Shown piece by piece: positions 1 to 10,486 of a stretch of DNA of 64,000 bases. The stretch lies in contig CAAGHH010000001.1 in assembly GCA_900769615.1 (NCBI GenBank), positions 6,061 to 70,060 on the forward strand. The letters run 5' to 3'. Each line of letters begins with the position of its first letter. The stretch's first letter is position 1. A program made the translations under genes and the position numbers. This DNA is from Selenomonadales bacterium (GTDB lineage: Bacteria > Bacillota > Negativicutes > Selenomonadales > Selenomonadaceae). Below the pieces are notes generated by a model that had not been told where the DNA came from, did not search any database, and saw nothing but the letters and a program-made list of their open reading frames with translations.

Positions 1-777
1 GTAGCAACGAGATTGGTAAAAGAAGGGGAATGTGATGCGGTATTGTCAGCGGGCAGCACTGGCGCAGCGGTGACAGCAGCGCAGCTGATTCTAAAAAGAA
101 TTCGCGGTATAGGAAGACCAACGATTGCTACCCCGATTCCAACGCCGAAAGGTGTTACATTGATGCTTGATTCTGGTGCAAATGTTGATTCAAAACCGAT
201 TCATTTAGTCCAAAGCGGTATGATGGGGTCATTATATGCTGAGTATGTTTTGGGGATTAAAAAGCCTAAAGTAGGGCTTTTAAATATTGGTGAGGAAGAA
301 ACTAAGGGAAATGAACAGGTAAAAGAAACCTATCCGCTGTTAAAGGCGATGCATACAATAAACTTTTGTGGCAATGCTGAAGGCAGGGATATTCCTAAAG
401 GAAACTTTGATGTTGTAATATGTGATGGATTTATTGGCAATGTTGTGCTAAAATTTGCAGAGGGACTTGCGAAGACCATCATGAAGCTGATAAAAGAGGC
501 TATAAAAGATGGCGGGATTATGGCGAAATTAGGAGCATTTTTGCTTATGCCAACCCTTAAGAAACTGGGGAAACGTTTGGATGCCAGTGAATATGGCGGA
601 GCACCGCTATTAGGTGTGAATGGCGTTTGTATAATAAGCCATGGTTCATCAAATGCTAAGTCTATCTGCAGTGCGATCGGAGTCGCTAATGACTATGTCA
701 ATGGCCGCGTCCTTGAGCATATTAAGGATTCATTGGCAAAGGAGGAGATACTGACGAATGATGGAGAGAAAAAATAG
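1..777 (+). CDS. plsX: Phosphate acyltransferase PlsX, 3' portion; the 5' end lies upstream of the window
   Basis: The reading frame is open from base 1. PlsX-like blocks are present (LVKEGECDAV, MLDSGANVD, CDGFIGNV). It is followed directly by fabH, as in plsX-fab clusters. Confidence 0.8.
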   Translation, partial: VATRLVKEGECDAVLSAGSTGAAVTAAQLILKRIRGIGRPTIATPIPTPKGVTLMLDSGANVDSKPIHLVQSGMMGSLYAEYVLGIKKPKVGLLNIGEEETKGNEQVKETYPLLKAMHTINFCGNAEGRDIPKGNFDVVICDGFIGNVVLKFAEGLAKTIMKLIKEAIKDGGIMAKLGAFLLMPTLKKLGKRLDASEYGGAPLLGVNGVCIISHGSSNAKSICSAIGVANDYVNGRVLEHIKDSLAKEEILTNDGEKK

Positions 778-1762
778 TGCTGGAATTTTAGGCACTGGCT
801 GGGCTGTGCCAGATAAGGTAATTACTAACTTTGATTTAGAAAAGATGGTTGATACCAATGATGCTTGGATTGTTGAGCGGACTGGCATAAAGGAGCGCCA
901 TGTGGCGCCAAAGGACATGCCAATGTCGGAACTGGCTTACCAGGCGGCTAAGATGGCCTTGGCTGATGCCCATACTGACGCAGCGGAACTTGACCTCATC
1001 ATAGTAGCAACGTTGACTTCAGACAGGGTGATACCATCTACTGCCTGTGTTTTGCAGGACAGGTTAGGAGCTAAACATGCGGCTGCGTTTGATTTATCAG
1101 CAGCCTGCTCAGGTTTTGTCTATGGTTCAATGGTAGCTAGTCAGTTTATTGAAAATGGTATTTACCGCAAGGTGCTCGTAATTGGTGCTGAAACATTGTC
1201 TAAAGTAGTTGACTGGACGGATCGCAATACTTGCATACTCTTTGGTGATGGTGCTGGGGCTGCTGTTTATGGCGCAGTTGATGATGGTTATGGTGTGCAA
1301 AGCTTTGATTTAGGCAGTGATGGCTCGGGAGCAGAAGCACTTGATATACCATCTAGTGGCAGCTTGCATCCGGTTAGTCCCGAAACTTTAGCTGCCAAGA
1401 TGAATTACATTCATATGGATGGTAAGGCGGTATTTCGTTTTGCGGTAAAAGTTATGGGAAAGACAGTTGAGACTTCCCTAGCTAAAGCTGGAATGGATAA
1501 AAGTTCTATTGATTGGCTGGTGCCGCATCAGGCAAACATCCGTATTATCGAGGCGGCAGCTAAGCGCTTGCGGATGCCAATGGATAAAGTTATTGTAAAT
1601 ATTGCCAAATATGGCAATACATCGGCTGCATCTATTCCAGTAGCACTGGCAGAGGCAGCCCACGCTGGACACTTCAAAAAGGGTGATGTCCTGGCATTAG
1701 CCGGCTTTGGTGCGGGCTTGACATGGGCGTCTTGCATCATGAAATGGGCTAAGGAGGACTAA
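758..1762 (+). CDS. fabH: 3-oxoacyl-ACP synthase III
   Basis: 334 aa with the AACSGF active-site Cys motif and a GILGTGWAVPDKV N-terminus typical of FabH. Confidence 0.9.
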   Translation: MMERKNSAGILGTGWAVPDKVITNFDLEKMVDTNDAWIVERTGIKERHVAPKDMPMSELAYQAAKMALADAHTDAAELDLIIVATLTSDRVIPSTACVLQDRLGAKHAAAFDLSAACSGFVYGSMVASQFIENGIYRKVLVIGAETLSKVVDWTDRNTCILFGDGAGAAVYGAVDDGYGVQSFDLGSDGSGAEALDIPSSGSLHPVSPETLAAKMNYIHMDGKAVFRFAVKVMGKTVETSLAKAGMDKSSIDWLVPHQANIRIIEAAAKRLRMPMDKVIVNIAKYGNTSAASIPVALAEAAHAGHFKKGDVLALAGFGAGLTWASCIMKWAKED

Positions 1763-1767
1763 TTTCT

Positions 1768-2715
1768 ATGTTTGAAAACAATGCTATTTGTAAATTATTA
1801 AATATAAAATATCCGATATTTCAAGGCGGTATGGCTTGGATTGGCACAGCGGAATTAGCTTCAGCTGTATCTAATGCCGGTGGTCTTGGTATTATCGGTG
1901 CTGGTCATATGCCCCCGGAAATTTTGCGCGCTGAGATTCAAAAATGCAAGGGCTGGACGGATAAACCATTTGGTGTAAATATCATGCTTATGAGCCCGTA
2001 TGTAAAAGAAGTTATGCAGGTTGTGCTCGATGAGAAAGTTCCAGTTGTTACTACTGGTGCTGGCAATCCGGGTGAATATGTGCCTGAATTAAAGGCAATT
2101 GGTTCCAAAGTTATACCAGTGGTAGCTTCAGTGGCACTAGCAAAAAGATTAGTAAGATGCGGTGCTGATGCAGTTATCGCTGAAGGTACTGAGTCCGGCG
2201 GTCACATTGGTGAGATTACGACGATGGCACTTTTGCCGCAGGTAGTTGATGCGGTTGACGTTCCGGTTATTGGTGCCGGCGGTATCGCTGATTCACGTGG
2301 TATGGCAGCAGCCTTTGCTTTGGGGGCTCAGGCAGTACAGATGGGATCCCGTTTTGTTGTAAGTGAGGAGTGCATTGCGCATCCAGATTATAAAAAAATG
2401 GTTCTCAGAGCAAAAGACCGTTCAACTGTTGTTACTGGACGCACGCTAGGTCATCCGGCGCGTGTTCTTGCGAATAAACTTACGCGTAAATATCAGGAAA
2501 TGGAAGCTGAAGGGGCTCCAGCTGAAGAACTTGAAAAGCTCGGTATAGGCAGTCTGCATAAGGCAACTCATGAAGGCGATGTGCAGAATGGCTCAGTAAT
2601 GATCGGTGAAATTTCTGGTATGCTGAAAGATATCAAGCCAGTAAAACAGATTATTGAGGATATTATTGCTGGCTTGCCGAAAGTAATTGATACGATTAAG
2701 CAGGATTGTAAATAA
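1768..2715 (+). CDS. fabK: Enoyl-ACP reductase II (FabK, NMO/TIM-barrel flavoprotein)
   Basis: N-terminus PIFQGGMAWI..GGLGIIGAG is typical of FabK/nitronate monooxygenase. The position between fabH and fabD matches FabK-type clusters. Confidence 0.85.
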   Translation: MFENNAICKLLNIKYPIFQGGMAWIGTAELASAVSNAGGLGIIGAGHMPPEILRAEIQKCKGWTDKPFGVNIMLMSPYVKEVMQVVLDEKVPVVTTGAGNPGEYVPELKAIGSKVIPVVASVALAKRLVRCGADAVIAEGTESGGHIGEITTMALLPQVVDAVDVPVIGAGGIADSRGMAAAFALGAQAVQMGSRFVVSEECIAHPDYKKMVLRAKDRSTVVTGRTLGHPARVLANKLTRKYQEMEAEGAPAEELEKLGIGSLHKATHEGDVQNGSVMIGEISGMLKDIKPVKQIIEDIIAGLPKVIDTIKQDCK

Positions 2716-2741
2716 AAACACCATAAAGGGGAGGAAGAACG

Positions 2742-3686
2742 TTGAATAAGCTTGCATTTGTATTTCCAGGTCAAGGTGCTCAGACGGTAGGTATGGGCAA
2801 GGATTTCTGCGAACAGTATGATGTTGCGAAAAAACTGTTTGCTCAGGCTGATGAAGCATTGGGCTACTCCATCAAAGATATGTGCTTTGAAGGTCCGGCT
2901 GAGGATCTTAAATTGACTGCTAACACGCAGCCAGCTATCTTGACGATGAGCGTTATCGCTAATGAAATCTTAAAAGAGCATGATATTTTGCCAGATGTTA
3001 CTGGTGGTCATAGCTTAGGTGAGTATTCAGCATTAGTGGCTGCTGATGTACTTGATTTTCAGGATGCTGTGCTTTTAGTACACAAACGTGGTCAGTATAT
3101 GCAGGAGGCTGTTCCAGTTGGTCAGGGCGGTATGGCTGCCATTATTGGGTTAGCTGATGAAGTTATCATAGATGCTTGTGTCAAGGCATCTAAAGAGGCT
3201 GGCGAGGTGCAGGCAGTAAACTTTAACTGCCCAGGTCAGACGGTTATCGCTGGTACGACTAAAGGCGTTGAAGCGGCCGTTGAGACTTTAAAAGCTGCTG
3301 GTGCTAAGAAAGCAGTAATTCTGCCAGTTTCGGCACCATTCCATTCAACTTTGATGAAGCCGGCAGCAGAAAAATTAGCAGCTGAACTTGATAGAGTTGA
3401 AATCCGTGATGCGAAAATACCAGTAGTTTCGAACTTTACGGGAAAATTAGAAACTAAAGCTGATGAAATCAAAGCTAATTTGGTAGCTCAGGCTGATAAT
3501 CCGGTTAAATGGATTGATTGCGTTAATACGATGAAAGAGTTCGGCGCAGATACTTTTGTTGAAGCTGGACCGGGCAAAACTCTTTGCGGTTTTAACCGTC
3601 GGATCGATCGTTCCTTAAAGAGCGTAAATGTAGAAAACCTTGAAACTTTGCAAAAAACGCTTGACTATTTCAAGGAGGTTCGTTAA
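2742..3686 (+). CDS. fabD: Malonyl-CoA:ACP transacylase
   Basis: Carries the [10 protein letters not shown] active-site serine motif and starts with TTG. It sits within the fab operon. Confidence 0.9.
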   Translation: MNKLAFVFPGQGAQTVGMGKDFCEQYDVAKKLFAQADEALGYSIKDMCFEGPAEDLKLTANTQPAILTMSVIANEILKEHDILPDVTGGHSLGEYSALVAADVLDFQDAVLLVHKRGQYMQEAVPVGQGGMAAIIGLADEVIIDACVKASKEAGEVQAVNFNCPGQTVIAGTTKGVEAAVETLKAAGAKKAVILPVSAPFHSTLMKPAAEKLAAELDRVEIRDAKIPVVSNFTGKLETKADEIKANLVAQADNPVKWIDCVNTMKEFGADTFVEAGPGKTLCGFNRRIDRSLKSVNVENLETLQKTLDYFKEVR

Positions 3687-3687
3687 T

Positions 3688-4431
3688 ATGCTTTTAGGTG
3701 GAAAAGTCGCATTGGTTACAGGTGCTTCGCGTGGCATAGGTCGTGCTATTGCTTTGCGCTTGGCAGGTGAGGGCGCAAAAGTTGCTATCAACTATGCTGG
3801 CAATACGGCTAAAGCTGAAGCAGTTAAAGCTGAGATTGAGCAAAATGGCGGCGAGGCAATTCTGGTTCAGGCTGATGTGGCTGACAGCAGTGCTGTAGAA
3901 GCTATGGTAGCAAAAGTTACTGAGGCTTTTGGACAGATAGATATTTTGGTTAATAATGCTGGTATCACGCGCGATGGTTTGCTTATGCGCATGAAAGAAG
4001 AAGACTTTGATGCGGTAGTAAATACCAATCTCAAAGGTGTATTTCATTGCACTAAGACGGTTTCCAAGCTAATGATGAAAAAGCGCAGTGGTCGTATTAT
4101 TAACATGGCATCAGTCGTTGGCATAATGGGGAATGCTGGTCAGACCAATTATGCAGCAGCTAAAGCAGGCGTTATTGGTTTTTCAAAATCCGCAGCTAAA
4201 GAGCTGGCAGCCCGTGGTATTACTGTAAATGTGGTTGCGCCAGGATTCATTGATACGGATATGACAGCCGCTATGACTGATAAAGCCAAAGAACTTACGC
4301 TTACGGGGATTCCTATGAAAAAAATGGGAACACCTGAAGATGTAGCTAATGCGGTGCTGTTTTTAGCATCAGATTGTGCATCCTATATCACTGGCCAGAC
4401 CGTCAATGTAGACGGCGGCATGGTTATGTGA
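3688..4431 (+). CDS. fabG: 3-oxoacyl-ACP reductase
   Basis: SDR Rossmann motif [18 protein letters not shown] plus the NNAG block. The start is taken at the internal ATG 3688 rather than the ORF-track start 3640, which would overlap fabD. Confidence 0.9.
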   Translation: MLLGGKVALVTGASRGIGRAIALRLAGEGAKVAINYAGNTAKAEAVKAEIEQNGGEAILVQADVADSSAVEAMVAKVTEAFGQIDILVNNAGITRDGLLMRMKEEDFDAVVNTNLKGVFHCTKTVSKLMMKKRSGRIINMASVVGIMGNAGQTNYAAAKAGVIGFSKSAAKELAARGITVNVVAPGFIDTDMTAAMTDKAKELTLTGIPMKKMGTPEDVANAVLFLASDCASYITGQTVNVDGGMVM

Positions 4432-4472
4432 TATAACTATATAGGACTACCAATTTAAGGAGGTGAAACTTC

Positions 4473-4703
4473 ATGTCGACTTTTGAAAAAGTAAGAGATA
4501 TCGTTGTTGAGCAGTTAGGTGTTGAAGCAGACGAGGTTGCACTCGATTCTACTTTCATCGATGATTTAGGAGCTGACTCCCTGGATATCGTTGAGCTTAT
4601 CATGGCTTTCGAAGAGGAATTCAATATTGAAATTCCGGATGAGGCTGCTGAAAAGATCAAGAGTGTTCAGGATGTAGTTACCTACATAGACCAGAACAAA
4701 TAA
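4473..4703 (+). CDS. acpP: Acyl carrier protein
   Basis: 76 aa with the LGADSLD phosphopantetheine attachment motif. An RBS AAGGAGG lies upstream. Confidence 0.95.
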   Translation: MSTFEKVRDIVVEQLGVEADEVALDSTFIDDLGADSLDIVELIMAFEEEFNIEIPDEAAEKIKSVQDVVTYIDQNK

Positions 4704-4786
4704 GTTTGAGCGTCTTACCTATTTGAAAATCCCGTGAACTTGTTTCGCGGGATTTTCTCAAGGTAGGATTGATTGGAGGAGTAGCA

Positions 4787-5731
4787 TTGAAACTTCCAGA
4801 GCTGAAAATTGGCAACAAAGTCGCAAAGGTACCTATCCAGCAGGGAGGTATGGCGATTCGCTTGTCAACGGCCCGTCTGGCAGCAGCTGTTGCGAATGAG
4901 GGCGGTATCGGCCTCATAGCCGCATCAGGTATGAGCCACGACGAACTGCGTTATGAAATAAGGCTCGCACGTTCGCTTACGTCTGGTATCATTGGCATCA
5001 ACATCATGGTAGCAGCAGCAGACTTTGCTGGCGTTGTAAAAACGGCCATCGATGAGGGAATTGACCTCGTAGTCGCAGGTGCTGGTTTCTCCCGTGATAT
5101 GTTTGGACTTGGCAAGGAATCAGGGACGCCAATCGTTCCGATTGTTTCGTCCGTTAAATTAGCTAAAATTTCAGAGCGTCTTGGCGCAACAGCTATTGTG
5201 CTTGAAGGTAAGGAAGCTGGTGGACATTTAGGAACCGACATATCAGTACGGGATTTAATTTCTGATGTCAGTGCGGCTGTAAAAATACCAGTAATTGCAG
5301 CTGGTGGTATCCTTCATGGCCAGGACATCGTTGATTTGATAAAAATGGGCGCAGCTGGCGTCCAAATGGGGTCGCGTTTTGCTGCTTGTGAAGAATCTAA
5401 TGCAGCACCGGCACTTAAGGAATATTATCTGAAATCCAAACCGGAGGATATTGTGGTCATTCATAGTCCAGTTGGACTGCCTGGCCGGGCGGTGAGGACA
5501 CCGTTTTCGGCTAAGGTTATGGAAGGACCCGTTCCACCTAAGCAGTGTGATGCCTGCCTGAAGGCGTGCAAGCACAATTTCTGCATTATTCGGTCACTGA
5601 CTAGAGCGCAGCAGGGTGATGTAGAAACAGGTCTTGTGTTTACTGGTGAGTATATGCCACAGATTGACAAGATTCTAACCGTTCATGAAATTTTTGAGCA
5701 GCTTAAGGCTGAAGCTGAAGCTGCCGATTAA
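4787..5731 (+). CDS. Second FabK/nitronate-monooxygenase family flavoprotein; a paralog carrying a Cys-rich C-terminal insert
   Basis: The IQQGGMAIRL..GGIGLIAASG N-terminus parallels FabK. The start is probably TTG 4787 after GGAGGA, where the ORF track gives 4769. The CDACLKACKHNFC block has no counterpart in the first fabK. Confidence 0.7.
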   Translation: MKLPELKIGNKVAKVPIQQGGMAIRLSTARLAAAVANEGGIGLIAASGMSHDELRYEIRLARSLTSGIIGINIMVAAADFAGVVKTAIDEGIDLVVAGAGFSRDMFGLGKESGTPIVPIVSSVKLAKISERLGATAIVLEGKEAGGHLGTDISVRDLISDVSAAVKIPVIAAGGILHGQDIVDLIKMGAAGVQMGSRFAACEESNAAPALKEYYLKSKPEDIVVIHSPVGLPGRAVRTPFSAKVMEGPVPPKQCDACLKACKHNFCIIRSLTRAQQGDVETGLVFTGEYMPQIDKILTVHEIFEQLKAEAEAAD

Positions 5732-5783
5732 GCTGATTCGCAAGGATCGCTTTTAGACTAGAGTATGAGAGGAGTCATTCGTT

Positions 5784-7028
5784 TTGAGTAATCGCGTAGT
5801 AATTACCGGCGTTGGAGCCATTACTCCAATTGGTATCGGCAAAGATGAGTTTTGGAAAGGTTTGCTGGAAGGCCGTAATGGTATTGACAAAATAAGCCGC
5901 TTCGATGCTTCGGAATTCCATGCTCAGATTGCCGGCGAAGTCAAAGACTTTGACCCGACGGAGTACATAGATAAAAAAGAATCCAAGCGTATGGATCGTT
6001 ATACCCAGTTTGCAGTAGCTGCTGCTGGTATGGCCATAAAAGATGCAGGCTTGGATCTGGAAAAAGAAAACCTTGATCGCATTGGTACTTTTGTAGGTAC
6101 TGGTATTGGCGGTATTGAAACTATGCATGGGCAGTATGAAAAATACTTTGCTAAGGGACCGGGTCGTATCAGCCCGTTCTTTGTACCGATGATGATTGCG
6201 AATATGGCAGCAGGTCAGGTATCTATTGCTTATAAACTGCACGGTCCATCAAGCTGCGTAGTAACGGCTTGTGCTACTGGTTCTAACTGTATCGGTGACG
6301 CATTCCGGGTAATTCAGCGTGGTGAAGCTGATGTTATGGTTGCAGGTGGCACTGAGGCAGCTATTTCGCAAGCAGCTGTTGCTGGTTTTGGCGCAATGAA
6401 GGCATTGTGTATGGATCATAATGACGATCCGAAGCATGCTTCCCGTCCATTTGATAAGAATCGCAGTGGTTTTGTTATGGGTGAAGGTGCTGGTCTGGTA
6501 ATTCTGGAGAGCCTCGAACACGCTAAGGCTCGTGGTGCGCATATCTATGCTGAAATTGCAGGTTATGGCACGAATTCAGATGCTTACCATATCACTAGCC
6601 CAGCACCACATGGTACTTATCAGGCTAAATGCATGCAGATGGCAATAGATGATGCTGGTCTTAAAGCTACTGATATTGATTATGTAAATGCACATGGCAC
6701 GTCTACCCACATGAATGACCAGGGTGAAACCGAAGCCATTAAAGCTGTATGGGGTGAGGCTGCTAAAGAGGTTTCCGTATCGTCAATTAAGTCAATGACA
6801 GGTCATCTGTTAGGTGCAGCTGGCGGTGTTGAATGTATTGCTACTGCTTTGGCTGTTGAAAATGATATGCTGCCACCGACGATTAATTACGAGACTCAGG
6901 ACGAAGGTCTTGATCTTGATTATGTACCAAATAAAGCAAAAGCTAAGGTGGTTAGAGCGGCTATATCTAATTCCTTTGGCTTTGGTGGTCATAATGCCTG
7001 CCTGCTGCTTAAAAAATACGCAGAATAA
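5784..7028 (+). CDS. fabF: 3-oxoacyl-ACP synthase II
   Basis: 414 aa with the VVTACATGSNCIG KAS active-site Cys and HAHGTSTHMND and GHLLGAAG motifs. It starts with TTG. Confidence 0.9.
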   Translation: MSNRVVITGVGAITPIGIGKDEFWKGLLEGRNGIDKISRFDASEFHAQIAGEVKDFDPTEYIDKKESKRMDRYTQFAVAAAGMAIKDAGLDLEKENLDRIGTFVGTGIGGIETMHGQYEKYFAKGPGRISPFFVPMMIANMAAGQVSIAYKLHGPSSCVVTACATGSNCIGDAFRVIQRGEADVMVAGGTEAAISQAAVAGFGAMKALCMDHNDDPKHASRPFDKNRSGFVMGEGAGLVILESLEHAKARGAHIYAEIAGYGTNSDAYHITSPAPHGTYQAKCMQMAIDDAGLKATDIDYVNAHGTSTHMNDQGETEAIKAVWGEAAKEVSVSSIKSMTGHLLGAAGGVECIATALAVENDMLPPTINYETQDEGLDLDYVPNKAKAKVVRAAISNSFGFGGHNACLLLKKYAE

Positions 7029-7042
7029 TAGGGAGGCAGACG

Positions 7043-7765
7043 ATGGAGAAAATCCGATCGGAAGCGTGGCGTAGGGAGCTTATCCAGCTAGCTGAAAAAT
7101 TAGGTGTTAAGTTTAATGACTTATCATTATTGCAGCAGGCACTTACTCATACGTCTTATGCTAATGAATCAAAAGGAAACATCGTCCATAATGAACGTCT
7201 CGAATTTTTAGGAGATGCGGTGCTGGAGTTAGCCTCCAGCACTTATCTTTATCAGCACTTTCCTAATATGCCTGAAGGACAGCTGACTAAAATCAGAGCC
7301 AGTATAGTCTGTTCACAAACTTTAGCTAAATTGGCACGAGGGCTTCATTTGGGTGATTACCTGCTTTTGGGTCATGGCGAAGAAATGAGTGGTGGCAGAG
7401 ACCGTCAGACAAATCTTGAAGATACTTTTGAATCCATAATAGGTGCAATCTATTTGGATAAAGGTTGGGAAACAGCGTGTGAATATGTGATGCGTCAGCT
7501 TAAACCTGAATTTAAGCAGGTCGCTAAAGGGTTAATCCTAAAGGACTATAAGTCTATCTTGCAAGAAAAAGTTTATCAGCATGAAGGTCAGGATGTTGCT
7601 TATGAATTGCTGGAAACAACTGGTCCTGATCACAATAAAATGTTTACTTTTCAAGTAAGGATAACTGGTAAAGTGATGGGACAAGGCACTGGTCATAGCA
7701 AAAAAGAAGCTGAGCAGAAAGCAGCTTGTGAAGCACTTATGAGGCTTGGCCGTAGTTCAAAATAA
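7043..7765 (+). CDS. rnc: Ribonuclease III
   Basis: Carries the ERLEFLGDAVLEL RNase III signature and a C-terminal dsRBD-like region. Confidence 0.9.
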   Translation: MEKIRSEAWRRELIQLAEKLGVKFNDLSLLQQALTHTSYANESKGNIVHNERLEFLGDAVLELASSTYLYQHFPNMPEGQLTKIRASIVCSQTLAKLARGLHLGDYLLLGHGEEMSGGRDRQTNLEDTFESIIGAIYLDKGWETACEYVMRQLKPEFKQVAKGLILKDYKSILQEKVYQHEGQDVAYELLETTGPDHNKMFTFQVRITGKVMGQGTGHSKKEAEQKAACEALMRLGRSSK

Positions 7766-7780
7766 AAGGGGAGAGGCTTT

Positions 7781-8590
7781 ATGCGTAAGATGACAATTTT
7801 GGGGACAGGTTTTGCCATGGCAACAAAATGTTTTAATACCTGTTTTTATTTGGAATTGTCGGATGGCAGTCTTTTTTTGACTGATGCTGGTGGTGGTAAT
7901 GGCATTTTAAGGCAACTAGAGCTTACGGGCTTTGATTATCAAAAGTGTCATAATATGTTTGTAACCCATGGGCATACTGATCATGTTTTAGGTGTAATCT
8001 GGATTATGCGCAAGGTAGCCGATCTTATGAACAAAGGGAAATATCAAGGCAAATTCAATATCTATTGTCATGATATAGTAAAAGATATGCTGCTAAAAAT
8101 GACCAAGATGACGCTTAAAAAGAAAGACTTTGCTAGAGTTGGCAGTGATATATTGATTCATGAACTAAAAGATGGTGAGTCAGTTGAGCTGGAGCAGTTC
8201 AAATTAACAGCTTTTGATATCCTTTCGACTAAAGCTAAACAGTTTGGTTACAGTTTAAGCTTTGCTGATGGGATGAAATTTACCTGCTTAGGTGATGAAC
8301 CATATAATGAACATGATAAAGTTTATGCTGAAAATGCTGATTGGCTGCTAGCGGAGGCTTTTTGTCAATATAAAGACCGCGATGTCTTTAAACCTTATGA
8401 AAAGAATCATAGTACGGTCAAGGAAGCTAGTGAGCTTGCTGAAGCTTTAGCAGCAAAAAACTTAGTTTTATATCATACTGAGGATAAGCACTTAGCTACG
8501 CGTAAAAAAGAATATTCAGCTGAGGCCGCTAAATATTATCATGGCAACATTTATGTGCCGGATGATTTAGATGTAATTGAGCTTGGCTAA
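7781..8590 (+). CDS. MBL-fold metallo-hydrolase
   Basis: Contains the THGHTDH metal-binding motif and a beta-lactamase-fold N-terminus. Confidence 0.7.
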   Translation: MRKMTILGTGFAMATKCFNTCFYLELSDGSLFLTDAGGGNGILRQLELTGFDYQKCHNMFVTHGHTDHVLGVIWIMRKVADLMNKGKYQGKFNIYCHDIVKDMLLKMTKMTLKKKDFARVGSDILIHELKDGESVELEQFKLTAFDILSTKAKQFGYSLSFADGMKFTCLGDEPYNEHDKVYAENADWLLAEAFCQYKDRDVFKPYEKNHSTVKEASELAEALAAKNLVLYHTEDKHLATRKKEYSAEAAKYYHGNIYVPDDLDVIELG

Positions 8591-8591
8591 A

Positions 8592-8640
8592 AAAATACCA
8601 TTCAATAATTGCGGAAACACGCATTATTGAATGGTATTTT
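8592..8640. terminator. Bidirectional rho-independent terminator hairpin
   Basis: A perfect 15-bp stem (ataccattcaataat / attattgaatggtat) flanked by A and T runs, located between convergent genes. Confidence 0.7.
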
Positions 8641-9081
8641 TTATATAAACATTTTTTCAAGCAAATGATTAAAATTAGTTATAATGTGCGACAATTGCTG
8701 GCGTTCACTTGCCGTCAGGTATTCACTTTGCTGTCGGAATTTTTCTTTGACAACATCGTCCTGCTTAGCTAAAACAGCTTGACCTTTAACTGTCAGCGAT
8801 ACTAAAAAACGACGACGGTCATTATAATCAATAGTTTTTTGTACTAAATCGTTTTTTACTAATTTATCAATTACAATCGTCATTTGCTGTTTAGATATAT
8901 TAAGCGTATGACTTATATCACTTATTGATGCAATCTTTTCAGCTCGCAATGCGCAAAGAACACCAAATTGATTCAAAGGAACAGGAATCTGAGTCTGACG
9001 ATAAAAATTGTTGTGAATCATCATTAATGTTTCGAGGAAACCTGCTGAAGCATCAGCAGTGATACTTTTTTCCATGGACAA
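8641..9081 (-). CDS. MarR-family transcriptional regulator, divergent from the RND pump
   Basis: 146 aa with a winged-HTH region (ISDISHTLNISKQQMTIVIDKLVKNDLV..DRRR). Confidence 0.75.
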   Translation of the reverse strand: MSMEKSITADASAGFLETLMMIHNNFYRQTQIPVPLNQFGVLCALRAEKIASISDISHTLNISKQQMTIVIDKLVKNDLVQKTIDYNDRRRFLVSLTVKGQAVLAKQDDVVKEKFRQQSEYLTASERQQLSHIITNFNHLLEKMFI

Positions 9082-9259
9082 ACTCCTTTGTTGTTTATTA
9101 AAACATCATTAAATAAGCTGCAAAGTCAGCAGCTTATGTTCCGAGTTCTTGACTTTTATTTAAATATAATATACTATAGATTTCACGGATAGTAAACATT
9201 TATTTACTAATCTGTTAAACGAGAAATATCAATTGCTATGGCATAAAGGAGGTAATAAA

Positions 9260-10474
9260 TTGTTTTTTTCAAAAAACAAGAAGACAAAAGCACTAATGAT
9301 AGGTGTCAGCTTAGCTCTGTCATCTAGTCTTTTTGTCGCTGGCTGTGGCTCGAAGCAGCAGGCTGCGCAGCAGCAGGGAACACAGGTAAAGGCCATGCAA
9401 GTAATACAGCAGGATACACCACTTACTAGTGAATTTGCTGGACAGATTGTTGGCAAAGATGAAGTTAAAGTACAGTCAAAGGTTTCTGGTCGTATTGTGG
9501 AAAAATATGTTCAGGGCGGACAGTATGTGGAAGCTGGACAACCGCTTTATAAGATTGATTCTCGTCAATATGAATCAGCTGTATTGCAGGCTAATGCTAC
9601 GCTAGCGCAGTCGGAAGCTAATCTTAGCAATGCGCAGGAGGATTTAGCTCGTTATCAGCAGCTTTTAGGTTCAGATGCTATTGCTCAGCAAAAGGTAGCA
9701 AATCAGCAGGCAAGCGTTAATGCTTATAATGCAGCTGCTGCGGCTAATGCAGCACTTTTAAGAAAAGCACAGCAGGATTTGGATGATACGGTAGTTTATG
9801 CACCAATAAGTGGGCAGCTAGCGGTTGATGATGTAGCCATTGGTACGTTTGCTTCAGCTGGTAATACTAAACTGGTTACTATTGGTACGTCTGACCCGGT
9901 GTACGCCCAGTTCAGTATTTCGGAAACTGATTACTTAAAATTTGCTAATATAGCGGCTGCTAATGGCAATGGTGTATCACCAGATGTTTCGATTACGCTT
10001 TCAGATGGCACGGTTTACCCCTTAGATGGTAAAATTGTTGAATCAGACAGAGCACTTTCGCAGAATACTGGCACGCTCACTTTAAAAGCATTATTTGGTA
10101 ATCCTGATGGACTCTTGCTGCCAGGCATGTTTGCTCGGGTAAGACTTACTGGTGAGGTTGTACCTAATGCTATACTGGTTCCCCAGCGGGCTGTTCAGCA
10201 GCTTTTGGGAAAATCATTTGTTATGGTTGTTGATGAAAATGGCAAATCCGAAGCTCGTACGGTTACGCTAGGTGATAAAGTTGGCAGCTATTATATTGTA
10301 AAAGATGGTCTTACAGCAGCTGATTTAGTGGTCGTTGAAGGACTTTCGAATTTGCGTGAGGGTGTTGACCTGAATGTAACGACGGTCACGGCTGATGACA
10401 TGGGCTTCTCGCTGACGACGGATATGAGCCAGTTTGACTCCAATCAGATAGCTGCCAGTGGTTCCAATAATTAA
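9260..10474 (+). CDS. RND efflux periplasmic adaptor (AcrA/HlyD-like lipoprotein)
   Basis: Lipoprotein signal with the LFVAGC lipobox, coiled-coil and beta-barrel adaptor regions. The start is probably TTG 9260 after AAGGAGG, where the ORF track gives 9233. Confidence 0.8.
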   Translation: MFFSKNKKTKALMIGVSLALSSSLFVAGCGSKQQAAQQQGTQVKAMQVIQQDTPLTSEFAGQIVGKDEVKVQSKVSGRIVEKYVQGGQYVEAGQPLYKIDSRQYESAVLQANATLAQSEANLSNAQEDLARYQQLLGSDAIAQQKVANQQASVNAYNAAAAANAALLRKAQQDLDDTVVYAPISGQLAVDDVAIGTFASAGNTKLVTIGTSDPVYAQFSISETDYLKFANIAAANGNGVSPDVSITLSDGTVYPLDGKIVESDRALSQNTGTLTLKALFGNPDGLLLPGMFARVRLTGEVVPNAILVPQRAVQQLLGKSFVMVVDENGKSEARTVTLGDKVGSYYIVKDGLTAADLVVVEGLSNLREGVDLNVTTVTADDMGFSLTTDMSQFDSNQIAASGSNN

Positions 10475-10486
10475 GGGGGCGGCGAC

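Noticed and set aside
6810-7074. Short track ORFs 6810-6992(-) and 6814-7074(+)
   Set aside because: They lie entirely within or overlap the fabF coding region in other frames, have no RBS, and have a low-complexity composition. They are spurious.
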